This document shows, in pieces, positions 1-9,642 of a DNA stretch of 64,000 nt (position 1 is the first letter of the stretch; every line of letters starts with the position of its first letter). A program made the translations under genes and the position numbers. Source of the stretch: an uncultured Rheinheimera sp. Lineage in GTDB: Bacteria; Pseudomonadota; Gammaproteobacteria; Enterobacterales; Alteromonadaceae. Below the pieces are notes generated by a model, which saw only the letters and a program-made list of their open reading frames with translations, did not search any database and had not been told where the DNA came from. The stretch is taken from positions 35,920-99,919 of the forward strand of contig CAYTIQ010000003.1 in the NCBI GenBank assembly GCA_964437935.1. The letters are read 5' to 3'.

Positions 1-1033
1 ACGACATGGCCAGTACGTCTTTGTTGCCGCTTTTCACGCGCTGCGCATCCCAAATAAACTTGCGGCTGGATGCAAAGGCAAAATCACGCACGTTGTCGGC
101 TTTAAAACGCCACGTTTTGGTATCGCGGGTATCGTCTTTTTCGTTAGCAATTGCTTCTTGTTCGGTGACAATCAACACAGGTTTGTCAGAGGTAGCCGCT
201 TTATCTAAGCGTTGACGCTGCTCGCTCGTCAGAACTTGTTCGGCGTTTTGCAGCACCCCGGTCGAGGCGACAATATGGTCAGCCGGCACGGTAATTTCTA
301 CATCGTAGTTACCAAACTCTAGAGTGAATTCGCCGCTACCCAAAAATTGCTTGTGTTGCCAGCCGTACACGTCGTAATACGCCGCCATGCGGGGGAACCA
401 CTGCGCTACTTCATACAAGGTGTTTTTGTCGTCTTTGAAATACTCGTAACCGGCGCGGCCACCCAGTACTTTTTGCTCGTGAATTTTGTAGTTCCAGCCG
501 ATGTTAAAGTCGACGGTTTCGCCAGGCAGCAGCGGCTTTGGCAGGTCAATGCGCATCATGGTGCCGTTGATGGTGTGCTTGAGTGAGTCGCCGTTTTGGC
601 TGACCTCGGTGATTTGATAGCCGCCATTCCACACCGGGCTTTGCATTTTGGTGCGAAACTCGTCAAAGGTCACTTTTCCATCGTTGTCAAAGGTGCTGGT
701 CAGCACTGCAGCGGAATTTTTTTGATAGATGTTTTGATCAAGCTGCAGCCATACGTACGTCAGTGTATCCGGTGAATTATTTTTATAGTGGATAGATGCA
801 CTGGCGGTCAGTTGATGATTCTTTTCATCCAACGCCACTTTAATTTTATAGTCGGCTTGTTGTTGCCAGTATTGATGTCCTGGCGCGCCGGAGGCGGTGC
901 GGTAGGTGTTGGGCGTCGGTAAAATTTCTTCGAGCTGGCGAAATTTATCATCAAAAGCAGCCGCCGCCATGGCTGCAGTGCTGCTGATAGCCAGCATTGC
1001 GCTGGCCAGCAAAGTTCTGTTAAACAGTGACAT
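1..1033 (-). CDS. Secreted M1-family aminopeptidase, N-terminal part (runs off the left edge, so absent from the ORF track)
   Basis: Manual translation from ATG at 1033: signal peptide MSLFNRTLLASAMLAISSTAAMA, then DDKFRQLEEILPTPNTYRTASGAPGHQYWQQ and AQWFPRMAAYYDVYGWQHKQFLGSGEFTLEFGNYDVEITVP, typical of bacterial M1 metallopeptidases. The HEXXH motif lies outside the window. Confidence 0.85.
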   Translation of the reverse strand, partial: MSLFNRTLLASAMLAISSTAAMAAAAFDDKFRQLEEILPTPNTYRTASGAPGHQYWQQQADYKIKVALDEKNHQLTASASIHYKNNSPDTLTYVWLQLDQNIYQKNSAAVLTSTFDNDGKVTFDEFRTKMQSPVWNGGYQITEVSQNGDSLKHTINGTMMRIDLPKPLLPGETVDFNIGWNYKIHEQKVLGGRAGYEYFKDDKNTLYEVAQWFPRMAAYYDVYGWQHKQFLGSGEFTLEFGNYDVEITVPADHIVASTGVLQNAEQVLTSEQRQRLDKAATSDKPVLIVTEQEAIANEKDDTRDTKTWRFKADNVRDFAFASSRKFIWDAQRVKSGNKDVLAMS

Positions 1034-1299
1034 ACGAGTTCCCTTAGCGCCAAATGGCAAAACCACCATCCTAGCCAAGCGCAAGAACCGTGGCCAATAC
1101 CCCTGCGACCAATAGGGACGTTTCTACGTCTATCGCCGCGATGCGGCGCTTATCTTGGCTAAAAAGGCTGGATTTTGTCGCATTGGCGGGGAAAATCATC
1201 GCCTCAACAGTAATAGTTGAGTATAATAGTCGGCTATTTTTTTGTGAATTAAGACAGCGTGGCAGTCCGTTAGTGAAGCGTTGTCGGTGAGGCATTGTT

Positions 1300-3546
1300 A
1301 TGGCAGAAATCAGCAGTCGCAAATCAGCGCCAGTGGCGCGGATGAAGGCAGATCGGGACTTATTTTCATACCCAAAATATTGGGCACATGAATTTACCCC
1401 AGCGCCATTTTTGCCTATGTCAAAGGCCGAAATGAAAAAACTCGGCTGGGATAGCTGCGATATCATTTTAGTGGTCGGCGATGCGTATGTGGACCATCCA
1501 AGTTTTGGTATGGCCGTGGTGGGCCGGATGCTTGAAGCGCAAGGCTTTCGAGTCGGTATCATCGCCCAGCCCGACTGGAACAGCAAAGACGACTTTATGC
1601 GCCTTGGCAAGCCGAACCTGTTTTTCGGCGTTTCTGCCGGCAACATGGATTCGATGATCAACCGCTATACCGCTGATAAAAAACTGCGCCACGACGATGC
1701 CTACACGCCTAATAACGAAGGTGGCAAACGCCCCGACCGAGCGGTGATTGTCTATTCACAACGCGTCAAAGAAGCCTACAAAGATGTGCCGGTGATCATC
1801 GGCGGTATTGAAGCGAGCCTGCGCCGTATTGCCCATTATGACTACTGGCAAGAAAAAGTCCGCCGCAGCATTTTGTTTGATGCCAAAGCCGACTTGTTGA
1901 TTTACGGCAACGCCGAGCGGCCGCTGGCCGAAGTGGCGTATCGCTTGTCGCAAGGCGAAAGCATTGAATCAATGCAAGATATTCGTGGCACGGCGGTGCT
2001 GCGCAAAGAGCCGCTGCCGGGCTGGCGTGGAGTTGATTCCACGGCCATTGATAAAGTCGGAAAAATCGACCCTATTCCAAACCCTTATGGCGCCGATGAT
2101 GTCGGCTGCGGTACTTTTTCTGAATTCGCTCAGCAAGGCATTGATTTATCAAAGCCAGCTGAGGTTGAAGCCAAGCCTGTGATGGTGCAAGCACCACGGC
2201 AAAAACCGTGGGAGCAAACCTACGTCAAGCTGCCAGCGTTTGAGCAAGTCAGCGTTAACAAACCGCTGTACGCGCATGCATCGCGAATTTTGCACCAAGA
2301 AACCAACCCAGGCTGTGCCCGTGCCTTGTTCCAGCGCCATGGCGATCGGTATGTTTGGATCAACCCGCCAGCGTATCCGCTTGAAACCGAAGAAATGGAT
2401 GCGGTGTTTGGCTTGCCGTATCAGCGCATTGCGCATCCAAGTTACGGCAAGGCCAAAATTCCGGCGTATGACATGATCAAAACGTCGGTCAACATTATGC
2501 GTGGCTGTTTTGGTGGTTGTTCGTTTTGTTCTATTACTGAGCATGAAGGCCGCATCATTCAAAGCCGCTCGCAAGCCTCGATTTTGCGCGAAATCGAAGA
2601 AATTCGCGACAAGGTTCCAGGCTTTACTGGCGTGATCTCGGACTTAGGTGGCCCGACGGCCAACATGTACAAACTGCGCTGTAAAAACCCGAAAGCCGAG
2701 CAAACCTGCCGCCGGCCGTCGTGCGTCTATCCCACCATTTGTGAGCACATGGATACCGACCAAACCCCGACCGTCGAGCTGTATCGCAAAGCGCGCAAAA
2801 TCAGCGGCGTGAAAAAGATTTTAATCGCCTCGGGTGTGCGCTACGACCTCGCGGTGGAAGATCCGAACTACGTGCGCGAGCTGGTGCAGCACCATGTCGG
2901 TGGTTATTTAAAAATCGCCCCAGAACATACCGAAGAAGGCCCATTGTCGAAGATGATGAAGCCGGGCATGGGCGCGTACGACAAATTCAAAGCCATGTTC
3001 GACAAATACAGCCGCGAAGCGGGCAAGGAGCAATACCTGATCCCGTATTTTATTTCGGCGCATCCAGGCACGTCCGACATGGATATGATCAACTTGGCGT
3101 TGTGGCTCAAAGAGCGTGATTTCCGTTTAGATCAAGTGCAAAACTTCTACCCAAGCCCGATGGCCAACGCGACGACCATGTATTACACCGAATTGAATTC
3201 GCTGAAGAATTTAAAAGGCAATACCGACTCGATTGTGGTGCCTAAAGGCGAGCGGCAACGTCGTTTGCACAAAGCCTTGTTGCGCTACCACGACCCAGCG
3301 GGCTGGCCGATGATCCGCGAAGCGCTGCGTAAAATGGGCTTAGAGCGGCTAATTGGGAAAAGCAAAGGCTGCTTGGTACCCGAAGAAACACGTGATGAGC
3401 AAAAACAAAAGCCCAAAGCGGGCGGTCAAATTGCTGTGACCAAACACACCGGCATGAACCCGATTAAAGAAGCGCTGATTAAGAAACAGCAGCAGGTGAA
3501 ACGCTCATCGGGCCAAGCGTCGTACCAAAAACGCAAAGGCAGCTAA
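1300..3546 (+). CDS. ygiQ: YgiQ/UPF0313 family radical SAM protein
   Basis: [12 protein letters not shown]-terminal motif; radical SAM CxxxCxxC (CFGGCSFC); [10 protein letters not shown]; 748 aa. Confidence 0.93.
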   Translation: MAEISSRKSAPVARMKADRDLFSYPKYWAHEFTPAPFLPMSKAEMKKLGWDSCDIILVVGDAYVDHPSFGMAVVGRMLEAQGFRVGIIAQPDWNSKDDFMRLGKPNLFFGVSAGNMDSMINRYTADKKLRHDDAYTPNNEGGKRPDRAVIVYSQRVKEAYKDVPVIIGGIEASLRRIAHYDYWQEKVRRSILFDAKADLLIYGNAERPLAEVAYRLSQGESIESMQDIRGTAVLRKEPLPGWRGVDSTAIDKVGKIDPIPNPYGADDVGCGTFSEFAQQGIDLSKPAEVEAKPVMVQAPRQKPWEQTYVKLPAFEQVSVNKPLYAHASRILHQETNPGCARALFQRHGDRYVWINPPAYPLETEEMDAVFGLPYQRIAHPSYGKAKIPAYDMIKTSVNIMRGCFGGCSFCSITEHEGRIIQSRSQASILREIEEIRDKVPGFTGVISDLGGPTANMYKLRCKNPKAEQTCRRPSCVYPTICEHMDTDQTPTVELYRKARKISGVKKILIASGVRYDLAVEDPNYVRELVQHHVGGYLKIAPEHTEEGPLSKMMKPGMGAYDKFKAMFDKYSREAGKEQYLIPYFISAHPGTSDMDMINLALWLKERDFRLDQVQNFYPSPMANATTMYYTELNSLKNLKGNTDSIVVPKGERQRRLHKALLRYHDPAGWPMIREALRKMGLERLIGKSKGCLVPEETRDEQKQKPKAGGQIAVTKHTGMNPIKEALIKKQQQVKRSSGQASYQKRKGS

Positions 3547-3619
3547 GCGCTGCCAGACTAGGCGATGCTGCTGACAAGTGGTAGCATTGCCAACTCATTC
3601 TGATAAGACAGGTCATTCG

Positions 3620-4261
3620 ATGATCGCTATCGACTCCATCCCATTAAAGTATCGCGCGGCTGTGGCCGGTGCACTGGCGTATTTGCTGTGGCCATGGGCC
3701 AATGCCCCGCTGTGGCAATATCAGCAACTGTGGCAAGACGATGCGGCCAGTGCGCCTGCGGTAAGCACGCTCACCAGTTTTCACAAAAAGTATGGCGATG
3801 AGGCCATGCCGGTATTAAATGCCCAGCTGTTGCTCAACCAAAGCCGTGCGACTGAAGATAGACTAACGGCAAAATACGCCCAGTTTTCGGATCAAAGCCG
3901 CGATGATGGCTGGGCCGAAGCCACTGAGTTTGTGATTAAGTATGTGGTTGAAAACACACTGAAAAATAAACTAACCTTGCTCGATTCTGAATGCCGAAAT
4001 ACCATGTGCCGGATTGAGGTGGCGACCCCTGAAGGTCTGAATAAAGCACTCAATAAACACATCGCTGTCTTGGCCGGTACGCTGAAAGCCAATGAATTGG
4101 AATTTCATAATTTGCTCGAGCGCAAAGGCTCGGTGGTGATTGAGTTCAAGTCCGACAAACGGATGAAATTTGGTTTTATCGAAGAGCGGATGGCACGCCC
4201 CGCCGCACGCAAAGATTGGACAGACACGGTGAACACATGGCTCAATCAGCAAAAGAAATAA
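3620..4261 (+). CDS. Hypothetical protein with N-terminal membrane anchor (about 213 aa)
   Basis: Long ORF (track start 3578, ATG at 3620 preferred); hydrophobic AAVAGALAYLLWPW; DDGWA...ECRNTMCRIEV motif with a Cys pair. Confidence 0.7.
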   Translation: MIAIDSIPLKYRAAVAGALAYLLWPWANAPLWQYQQLWQDDAASAPAVSTLTSFHKKYGDEAMPVLNAQLLLNQSRATEDRLTAKYAQFSDQSRDDGWAEATEFVIKYVVENTLKNKLTLLDSECRNTMCRIEVATPEGLNKALNKHIAVLAGTLKANELEFHNLLERKGSVVIEFKSDKRMKFGFIEERMARPAARKDWTDTVNTWLNQQKK

Positions 4262-4455
4262 TCGGTTACGCGGTTGGCGCTTATTTAGCGGTGGCGGCCC
4301 TTAACGGCCTTCTCAGCTTGGTGTTACCGGTGCCGGCGGACATTAAAGCCGCGCCGGCGCTGGAGAAAACCTTAAAACAACAAGACGTTAGCTTAGATGA
4401 ATGGCAAAAAGCGGCCGAGCGCGTTGAGGAAAAACGAAAGTTAGCATTAAGTTAG
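4237..4455 (+). CDS. Small hypothetical membrane protein (about 72 aa)
   Basis: ATG at 4237 overlaps the previous gene by 25 bp; one TM segment then a charged tail; followed directly by an intrinsic terminator. Confidence 0.55.
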   Translation: MAQSAKEIIGYAVGAYLAVAALNGLLSLVLPVPADIKAAPALEKTLKQQDVSLDEWQKAAERVEEKRKLALS

Positions 4456-4465
4456 CCATGTAAAC

Positions 4466-4494
4466 AGGGCTCGCTAAGCGAGCCTTGCTTTTTT
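4466..4494 (+). terminator. Rho-independent terminator of the ygiQ operon
   Basis: GGCTCGC-TAA-GCGAGCC stem followed by a T-tract. Confidence 0.75.
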
Positions 4495-4540
4495 ATAACA
4501 CTTTGTGGTTTGCTTTTGGTTTGCCCAAAAGGAACTCAAG

Positions 4541-4999
4541 ATGAAACACTTGCTTATCCCTGTGCTGCTCTTCAGCTGCAGCCTGCTCCCCAGCTCGACC
4601 TTTGCCCAATCTGCTACAGATGCATTTGCTACCTGCTTGACCGACTCATTAAGCGGTAAGGAACGGAAAGACTTGGCTTCGTGGATATTCTTTGCGATGG
4701 CGGCCCATCCGCGAATCGAACAATACGCGACTATCCCTGAGGCTGCGCGCGTGCAGCAAGACAAAGAGATCGGCAGCTTAATAACGCGGTTATTGGCTGA
4801 AAATTGCCCAGCACAGCTGGTTCAAGCACAACAGGAAAATCCTGAAGCGCTGCGCATGGCGTTTGAAATGGTTGGCAAAGTGGCGATGGAAGAGCTAATG
4901 AGTAATAACAATGTGTCACAAGCTATTGCGGCTTACGCCAACTATGTGGATATGGCAAAAATTCAAGCAACGCTTAGCAAAAAGGGCGGCAGTTTATAA
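4541..4999 (+). CDS. Hypothetical exported protein (about 152 aa)
   Basis: ATG 4541 after AAGGA; Sec-type signal MKHLLIPVLLFSCSLLPSSTFA; helical domain with two Cys. Confidence 0.75.
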   Translation: MKHLLIPVLLFSCSLLPSSTFAQSATDAFATCLTDSLSGKERKDLASWIFFAMAAHPRIEQYATIPEAARVQQDKEIGSLITRLLAENCPAQLVQAQQENPEALRMAFEMVGKVAMEELMSNNNVSQAIAAYANYVDMAKIQATLSKKGGSL

Positions 5000-5013
5000 C
5001 ACGTTTGGCGCGA

Positions 5014-5781
5014 TCACATCGCGCCGCTCCATTTGATAGACGTCATGGCCAGCGAGCCCATGGTGATGGCATCGTTAAAAAGTTCTGCAGTATCGGTCTT
5101 GTCCCTCGCGCCTAATAAACAAAATAGTGGCAACAGATGGTCTGGGTGCGGCACAGCTAACGCTGCATCTTGGCCTTGCGAGCGATAATCCAGTAAGGCG
5201 GCGTCGTTGCCAGCAAGCAGTGCTTGCCGACAAAAACTGAGAAACCGCTCGGCCCATGCTACGGGTTGGCCGTTGCTCCAATCCAGTAGCCGTAAGTTAT
5301 GCACCAGGTTGCCTGATGCCAGCAACAGCACCCCTTCGTTGCGCAGTGGTTTTAGCTGCTGACCTAATTCATAGTGCCACTTGGGCGACATTCGGCTGTT
5401 AATCGACAGCTGCACGACGGGGATATCCGCGTTTGGATGGGTGTGCATCAACACCGACCAAGTGCCGTGATCGAGCCCCCAGCGTTCATCGAGTTGGGCA
5501 CCAGTTCGTTCGGCGATCCGCGCGGCAAGCGCCGGTGAACCGGCGGCTGGGTACTGGCTGGTATGTAATTTAGGCGGGAAACCACCAAAGTCATGTATGG
5601 TCGGTGGCAGGCTATTCGCGCTGACTTGCAGGTTGGGGGTATCCCAGTGCGCGGAGATCATCAGGATCGCCTTGGCCTGAATACCTTGCACCGCGTCGCG
5701 CCAGCCTTGGGTAAACACGTTGTGTTCGATGGCATTCATAGGGCTGCCATGGCCGAAAAAAATCAGTGGAAGTGCGCTCAT
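5014..5781 (-). CDS. ygiD: 4,5-DOPA extradiol-type dioxygenase (LigB family)
   Basis: FFGHGSPMNA, ISAHW, TIHDFGGFP, GLDHGTWSVL and HPDHLLPL motifs. Confidence 0.9.
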   Translation of the reverse strand: MSALPLIFFGHGSPMNAIEHNVFTQGWRDAVQGIQAKAILMISAHWDTPNLQVSANSLPPTIHDFGGFPPKLHTSQYPAAGSPALAARIAERTGAQLDERWGLDHGTWSVLMHTHPNADIPVVQLSINSRMSPKWHYELGQQLKPLRNEGVLLLASGNLVHNLRLLDWSNGQPVAWAERFLSFCRQALLAGNDAALLDYRSQGQDAALAVPHPDHLLPLFCLLGARDKTDTAELFNDAITMGSLAMTSIKWSGAM

Positions 5782-5910
5782 CTAAACCCCCTTAGTTTTT
5801 CTTAGCCTAAGGCAAATAGAATCGAATAAAAAGCGCTAAATTTGACAGGATTGGTTCAAAAATATCGAATTATGTGGATGGTTTTCGCGGATGCCGAGGC
5901 TTGAGTCTGC

Positions 5911-5937
5911 AAAAAAAGGCCGCACGAAAGGCGGCCT
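5911..5937 (-). terminator. Terminator of the amidohydrolase gene
   Basis: AGGCCGC/GCGGCCT stem with A7 on the plus strand (U-tract on minus). Confidence 0.8.
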
Positions 5938-5963
5938 GGGGTATGCATTAATACATGAGCGAC

Positions 5964-8900
5964 TTAGTTCTGTTCGAAGTAAAACTTTTGCCGCTTGCGC
6001 TCAAGACCGTTTAGTTCATTCATGCTCGCAGAGTCAAACAACGCGCCATTCACCATGGTGAAGTGCACTTTGTCGGTATCGCGAATATTTGTCAGTGGAT
6101 CACCGTCAATCACAATCAAGTCTGCCAGCTTACCTGCGGTGACAGAACCTAGTTGATGGTCCAAGCCAAAGGTCTTGGCTGGATTGATGGTGGCAGTTTT
6201 CAGGGCTTCCAGTGGTGACATACCGCCTTGTGCCATCATCCAAATTTCCCAGTGGGCGCCCAAGCTTTCACGTTGACCATGGGCGCCAATATTAACGACA
6301 ACCCCCGCATCGTTTAATTCTTTGGCCGCTTTGGCAATATGGAAGTGGTTGTAGTGGTGATCAGGCACAGTAGGGCGGCGCATGCTGCGTGGGCCTAAGA
6401 TGTCCATTGGTACGTATTTGCTTAACCGCGGGTGTTTCCACACCTCGGTTTTGTCGTACCAGTAGTTTTCACCCCAGACGCCGCCATAAGCAACCACCAA
6501 GGTTGGCGTATAGGCGGTGCCGCTCGCTTGCCACAGTTGTTTCACGTCATCGTAAAGTTTGGCGGCAGGTAATGAATGTTCCAGTGTGGTGTGTCCATCC
6601 ACGGCCATTGTCAAGTTATGCTGTAACAACGAACCACCTTCGGGTACCACCATCATATTGAGCTCGCGTGCAGCTTCGATGATTTGCTGGCGTTGATTAC
6701 GCCGTGGTTGGTTGTAGCTTTTCACGCTAAACGCACCGACTTTTTTCAGCCGCTCTAAGTGGAATTTGGCATCTTCAACCGTATCGACATGGGAGGTGTA
6801 GCCAGCACCATAGGCGCCGTACAAAATGGTACCGGTGGAAAAAATACGTGGCCCGACAATAGCGCCGGTTTTTTGCATTTCACTGGCCGCGAAGATCTCA
6901 CGCGTATCGTTCGATGGGTCGTGGATGGTCGTCACGCCAAGTGCTAACGATGCATAATCGATGTAGTTTTGTTGGGGGATAATTTGGTTTTCGCCTTGGC
7001 TGCCATGCGCATGTGCATCAAACAAGCCTGGCATCAAGGTTTTACCTTTAATATCAATAACTTTTGCGCCTGCCGGCACTTGTACCTCGTTGCGACTACC
7101 GACGGCTTGGATGGTATTGCCTTTAACAATAACCACACCATCCTCAATCACCTTATCGCCGTCCATCGTAATAATTTTGCCGCCGACAAAGGCCACTGTG
7201 CCGTCAGGAATATAAGGTTTGGCTTTAAAACCAATGGCTTGACCATCTTTGATGTTAAATTCTTTGCTGCTACCGACGGCAAAGGCCTCACTGATATCGG
7301 CATGGTATAGCTCAGGGCCTAAGTTCCAGTACAGATGACGGCTGTCGCTCGCCCAGCTGACGTTTTCGCCAGCGCGCACCGACAGTTGTTTGACCGGGAA
7401 TTGATCGTCTTGGCCGCTTAAATCGATGGTTGCACCGCGCTCGACAAAGGGCGTGATGTAGACCTTAAAGCGATCGACAAACGCGACGAATTTGTTGTCT
7501 GGAGACACCCGCAGTTCGGTGCCAAATTTGGCGCTATACAAGGTACGTGTTTTAAACGTATTCACATCGATGGATAACAATGTCGGTTGCTCACCAAAGT
7601 CTTGAGCGAACACTCGGTCGTTGCTGCTGCCAAAATGCGCGTTGTAGCCGCTACGGCTGAGTAATACCGGTTCGCCACCTTTGACACTGACTTTGTAAAT
7701 ACCGGTGTTTAGGCTGTAACGACGGTCCAACAAGCTGCCGGCGCCTCCTTTACGAAACACCACGGTTTTGCCATCTGGGCTAAAGGTTGGCTCTAGGTAT
7801 TTGCCCGGTGTTTGCAGCAAATCTCGTGTTTTGCCAGATTTTAAATCCCTAATCTTAATCGAACCTTGGTGTTGATCATGCCAGGTGCTGTACACCAAGT
7901 AGCGGCCATCGCGCGAAAACTGTGGGAAGAGTTCAAGGTTGGTTTCATCCTCGGTCAGCCGAGTCGGCGAGCCGCCTTTGCTATCCACTTGATACAGTTT
8001 ACCTAGCGCGGTATACACCACTGTCTTGCCGTCAGGGGAGGTTTGGACAAAACGTAGCATTTTTACATCGACATCCGACGGGTTAATGTCTTGTTTAACC
8101 CGTACAGCGGTTTGAATTTGTTTATCGACCTTGATGTTAAATGGAATATCTTGCACTTGCTTGTTACTGACGGTCAGTGCCTTGATTTTTCCCCCAGCCC
8201 AAAACAGTAGTTTTTTGTTATCAGGTGACCAGGTCATGCGTGGATAAACGCCATGAATGGCCCAGGTTTCTTGCATGTCACGGTCAAGGTTCTTGTAAAC
8301 GGCTTTTTCTTCACCCGTGGTTAAGTCATAGATAAACAGGGTGCTTTGGAAATCTTGCCGGCGGATAAACGCGAGGTATTTGCCATCAGGGGATGGCGTC
8401 GGGCGAATGGCACCACCGGCGCCATCAAGCAACACCTCGATATTGCCAGTTTCTCGCTCAAAGCGTTTGATCACATAAATGCCTTGCTCAGAGTCTTTGC
8501 TGTAGTGAAAGGTTTTGCCCGGTGTGTCGTCTTGCGAAAAATACACATACTTGCCGTCTGGGGAAAACGCCGGTTCGCCTAAATCTTTTTCATCGTTGGC
8601 TTTGGCGGTTAACATCACGCCGCTGCCACCGGTTTTGTGGTACATCCACACTTCACCAGCGCCGAGCGAACGGGTGTTGGTGAAGTGTTTACGGGCGACA
8701 ATAAATTCGCCGTCGGGGCTCCAGGCAGGGCTATTTAATAAACGGAAGGTTTCGTTGGTCACCGCATGCGGGTTGCTGCCGTCGGCGTTCATTAACCAAA
8801 TATTGTCGCCACCGCCTTCGTCCGAGGTGTACGCAATGTACTTGCCGTCTGGACTAAATGTCGGCTGCATCTGCCAGCCAATGTCGCTGGTTAGGCGTTT

Positions 8901-9161
8901 TGGCGTGCCGCCGGTCACCGGCATGGCGTAAAGATCGCCAAGCAAATCAAACACCACGGTTTTGCCGTCTGGGCTGATATCCAGATTCATCCAAGTGCCA
9001 GACTGGGTGTTGATCTGCACGGTTTTGAATTGGCCGGGAGGCGCATTGACATCCCAACTAGGTTTTGCGGCGTCGTCCGCGGCAACAGCGGCGGTGCTGG
9101 CAAACAGCAACGAAAGGGTTAATGACAGGTGCTGCGGGCGAAAACGTGGTGAATTCGACAT
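5964..9161 (-). CDS. Exported PD40/TolB-like beta-propeller protein fused to an amidohydrolase domain
   Basis: Signal peptide; many 'P.FSPDG(K/R)' repeats; C-terminal MPGLFDAHAHG (HxH), LEHS, GAHGQ and GKLADLIV amidohydrolase motifs; 1065 aa. Confidence 0.88.
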   Translation of the reverse strand: MSNSPRFRPQHLSLTLSLLFASTAAVAADDAAKPSWDVNAPPGQFKTVQINTQSGTWMNLDISPDGKTVVFDLLGDLYAMPVTGGTPKRLTSDIGWQMQPTFSPDGKYIAYTSDEGGGDNIWLMNADGSNPHAVTNETFRLLNSPAWSPDGEFIVARKHFTNTRSLGAGEVWMYHKTGGSGVMLTAKANDEKDLGEPAFSPDGKYVYFSQDDTPGKTFHYSKDSEQGIYVIKRFERETGNIEVLLDGAGGAIRPTPSPDGKYLAFIRRQDFQSTLFIYDLTTGEEKAVYKNLDRDMQETWAIHGVYPRMTWSPDNKKLLFWAGGKIKALTVSNKQVQDIPFNIKVDKQIQTAVRVKQDINPSDVDVKMLRFVQTSPDGKTVVYTALGKLYQVDSKGGSPTRLTEDETNLELFPQFSRDGRYLVYSTWHDQHQGSIKIRDLKSGKTRDLLQTPGKYLEPTFSPDGKTVVFRKGGAGSLLDRRYSLNTGIYKVSVKGGEPVLLSRSGYNAHFGSSNDRVFAQDFGEQPTLLSIDVNTFKTRTLYSAKFGTELRVSPDNKFVAFVDRFKVYITPFVERGATIDLSGQDDQFPVKQLSVRAGENVSWASDSRHLYWNLGPELYHADISEAFAVGSSKEFNIKDGQAIGFKAKPYIPDGTVAFVGGKIITMDGDKVIEDGVVIVKGNTIQAVGSRNEVQVPAGAKVIDIKGKTLMPGLFDAHAHGSQGENQIIPQQNYIDYASLALGVTTIHDPSNDTREIFAASEMQKTGAIVGPRIFSTGTILYGAYGAGYTSHVDTVEDAKFHLERLKKVGAFSVKSYNQPRRNQRQQIIEAARELNMMVVPEGGSLLQHNLTMAVDGHTTLEHSLPAAKLYDDVKQLWQASGTAYTPTLVVAYGGVWGENYWYDKTEVWKHPRLSKYVPMDILGPRSMRRPTVPDHHYNHFHIAKAAKELNDAGVVVNIGAHGQRESLGAHWEIWMMAQGGMSPLEALKTATINPAKTFGLDHQLGSVTAGKLADLIVIDGDPLTNIRDTDKVHFTMVNGALFDSASMNELNGLERKRQKFYFEQN

Positions 9162-9274
9162 GATGTTCCTTGGGCATTTGTTGTTATCCGGTTACCATGC
9201 CATAAGTTCAGTTGGATTGGCAGTATGACGCTATCGCCGCTGCGATTGGTGGCCCTGTCAGTACGACCAACGTG

Positions 9275-9292
9275 TGTTGGTGTTGGTGTTGG
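9275..9292 (+). repeat. (TGTTGG)3 hexanucleotide tandem repeat
   Basis: Read directly at 9275-9292, about 20 bp upstream of the DUF1289 start. Confidence 0.8.
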
Positions 9293-9312
9293 TGATTGAT
9301 TGGGAGTGATGG

Positions 9313-9564
9313 ATGAGCGACGCATCCCCTTGTATTGCTTGCTGTAAGCTCAATGACGACAAAGTGTGTACCGGCTGTTATCGGCATATCACTGAGATCG
9401 TCAGTTGGAATAAATTATCTGAAGAGGAGCAGTTGCGGGTGCGTGCAACGTGCGCTGAACGTAAACCCTCTGTCGATGCAGGGCCATTAGGTCAGACCCC
9501 CATTACCCAAGCCGAGTGGCAAGCAGGTAAAGCAATGTTACTTCAACAAAAACAGCAGAAATGA
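9313..9564 (+). CDS. DUF1289-family small Cys-rich protein
   Basis: SPCIACCKLNDDKVCTGCYRHITEIVSW matches the SPC..C....C.GC.R...EI..W signature. Confidence 0.85.
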   Translation: MSDASPCIACCKLNDDKVCTGCYRHITEIVSWNKLSEEEQLRVRATCAERKPSVDAGPLGQTPITQAEWQAGKAMLLQQKQQK

Positions 9565-9642
9565 ACGAGAAGTGGGACGCTTGACTTGTTCATGTCAGCA
9601 TTGGGCTATTACACTCAAGTGATAAGTCAGAGGAGGTGACGG

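Noticed and set aside
6-1115. Short ORFs in the track at 6-215, 347-586, 808-1053 and 906-1115
   Set aside because: They are shadows of the minus-strand M1 aminopeptidase, which the track missed because it runs off the edge.
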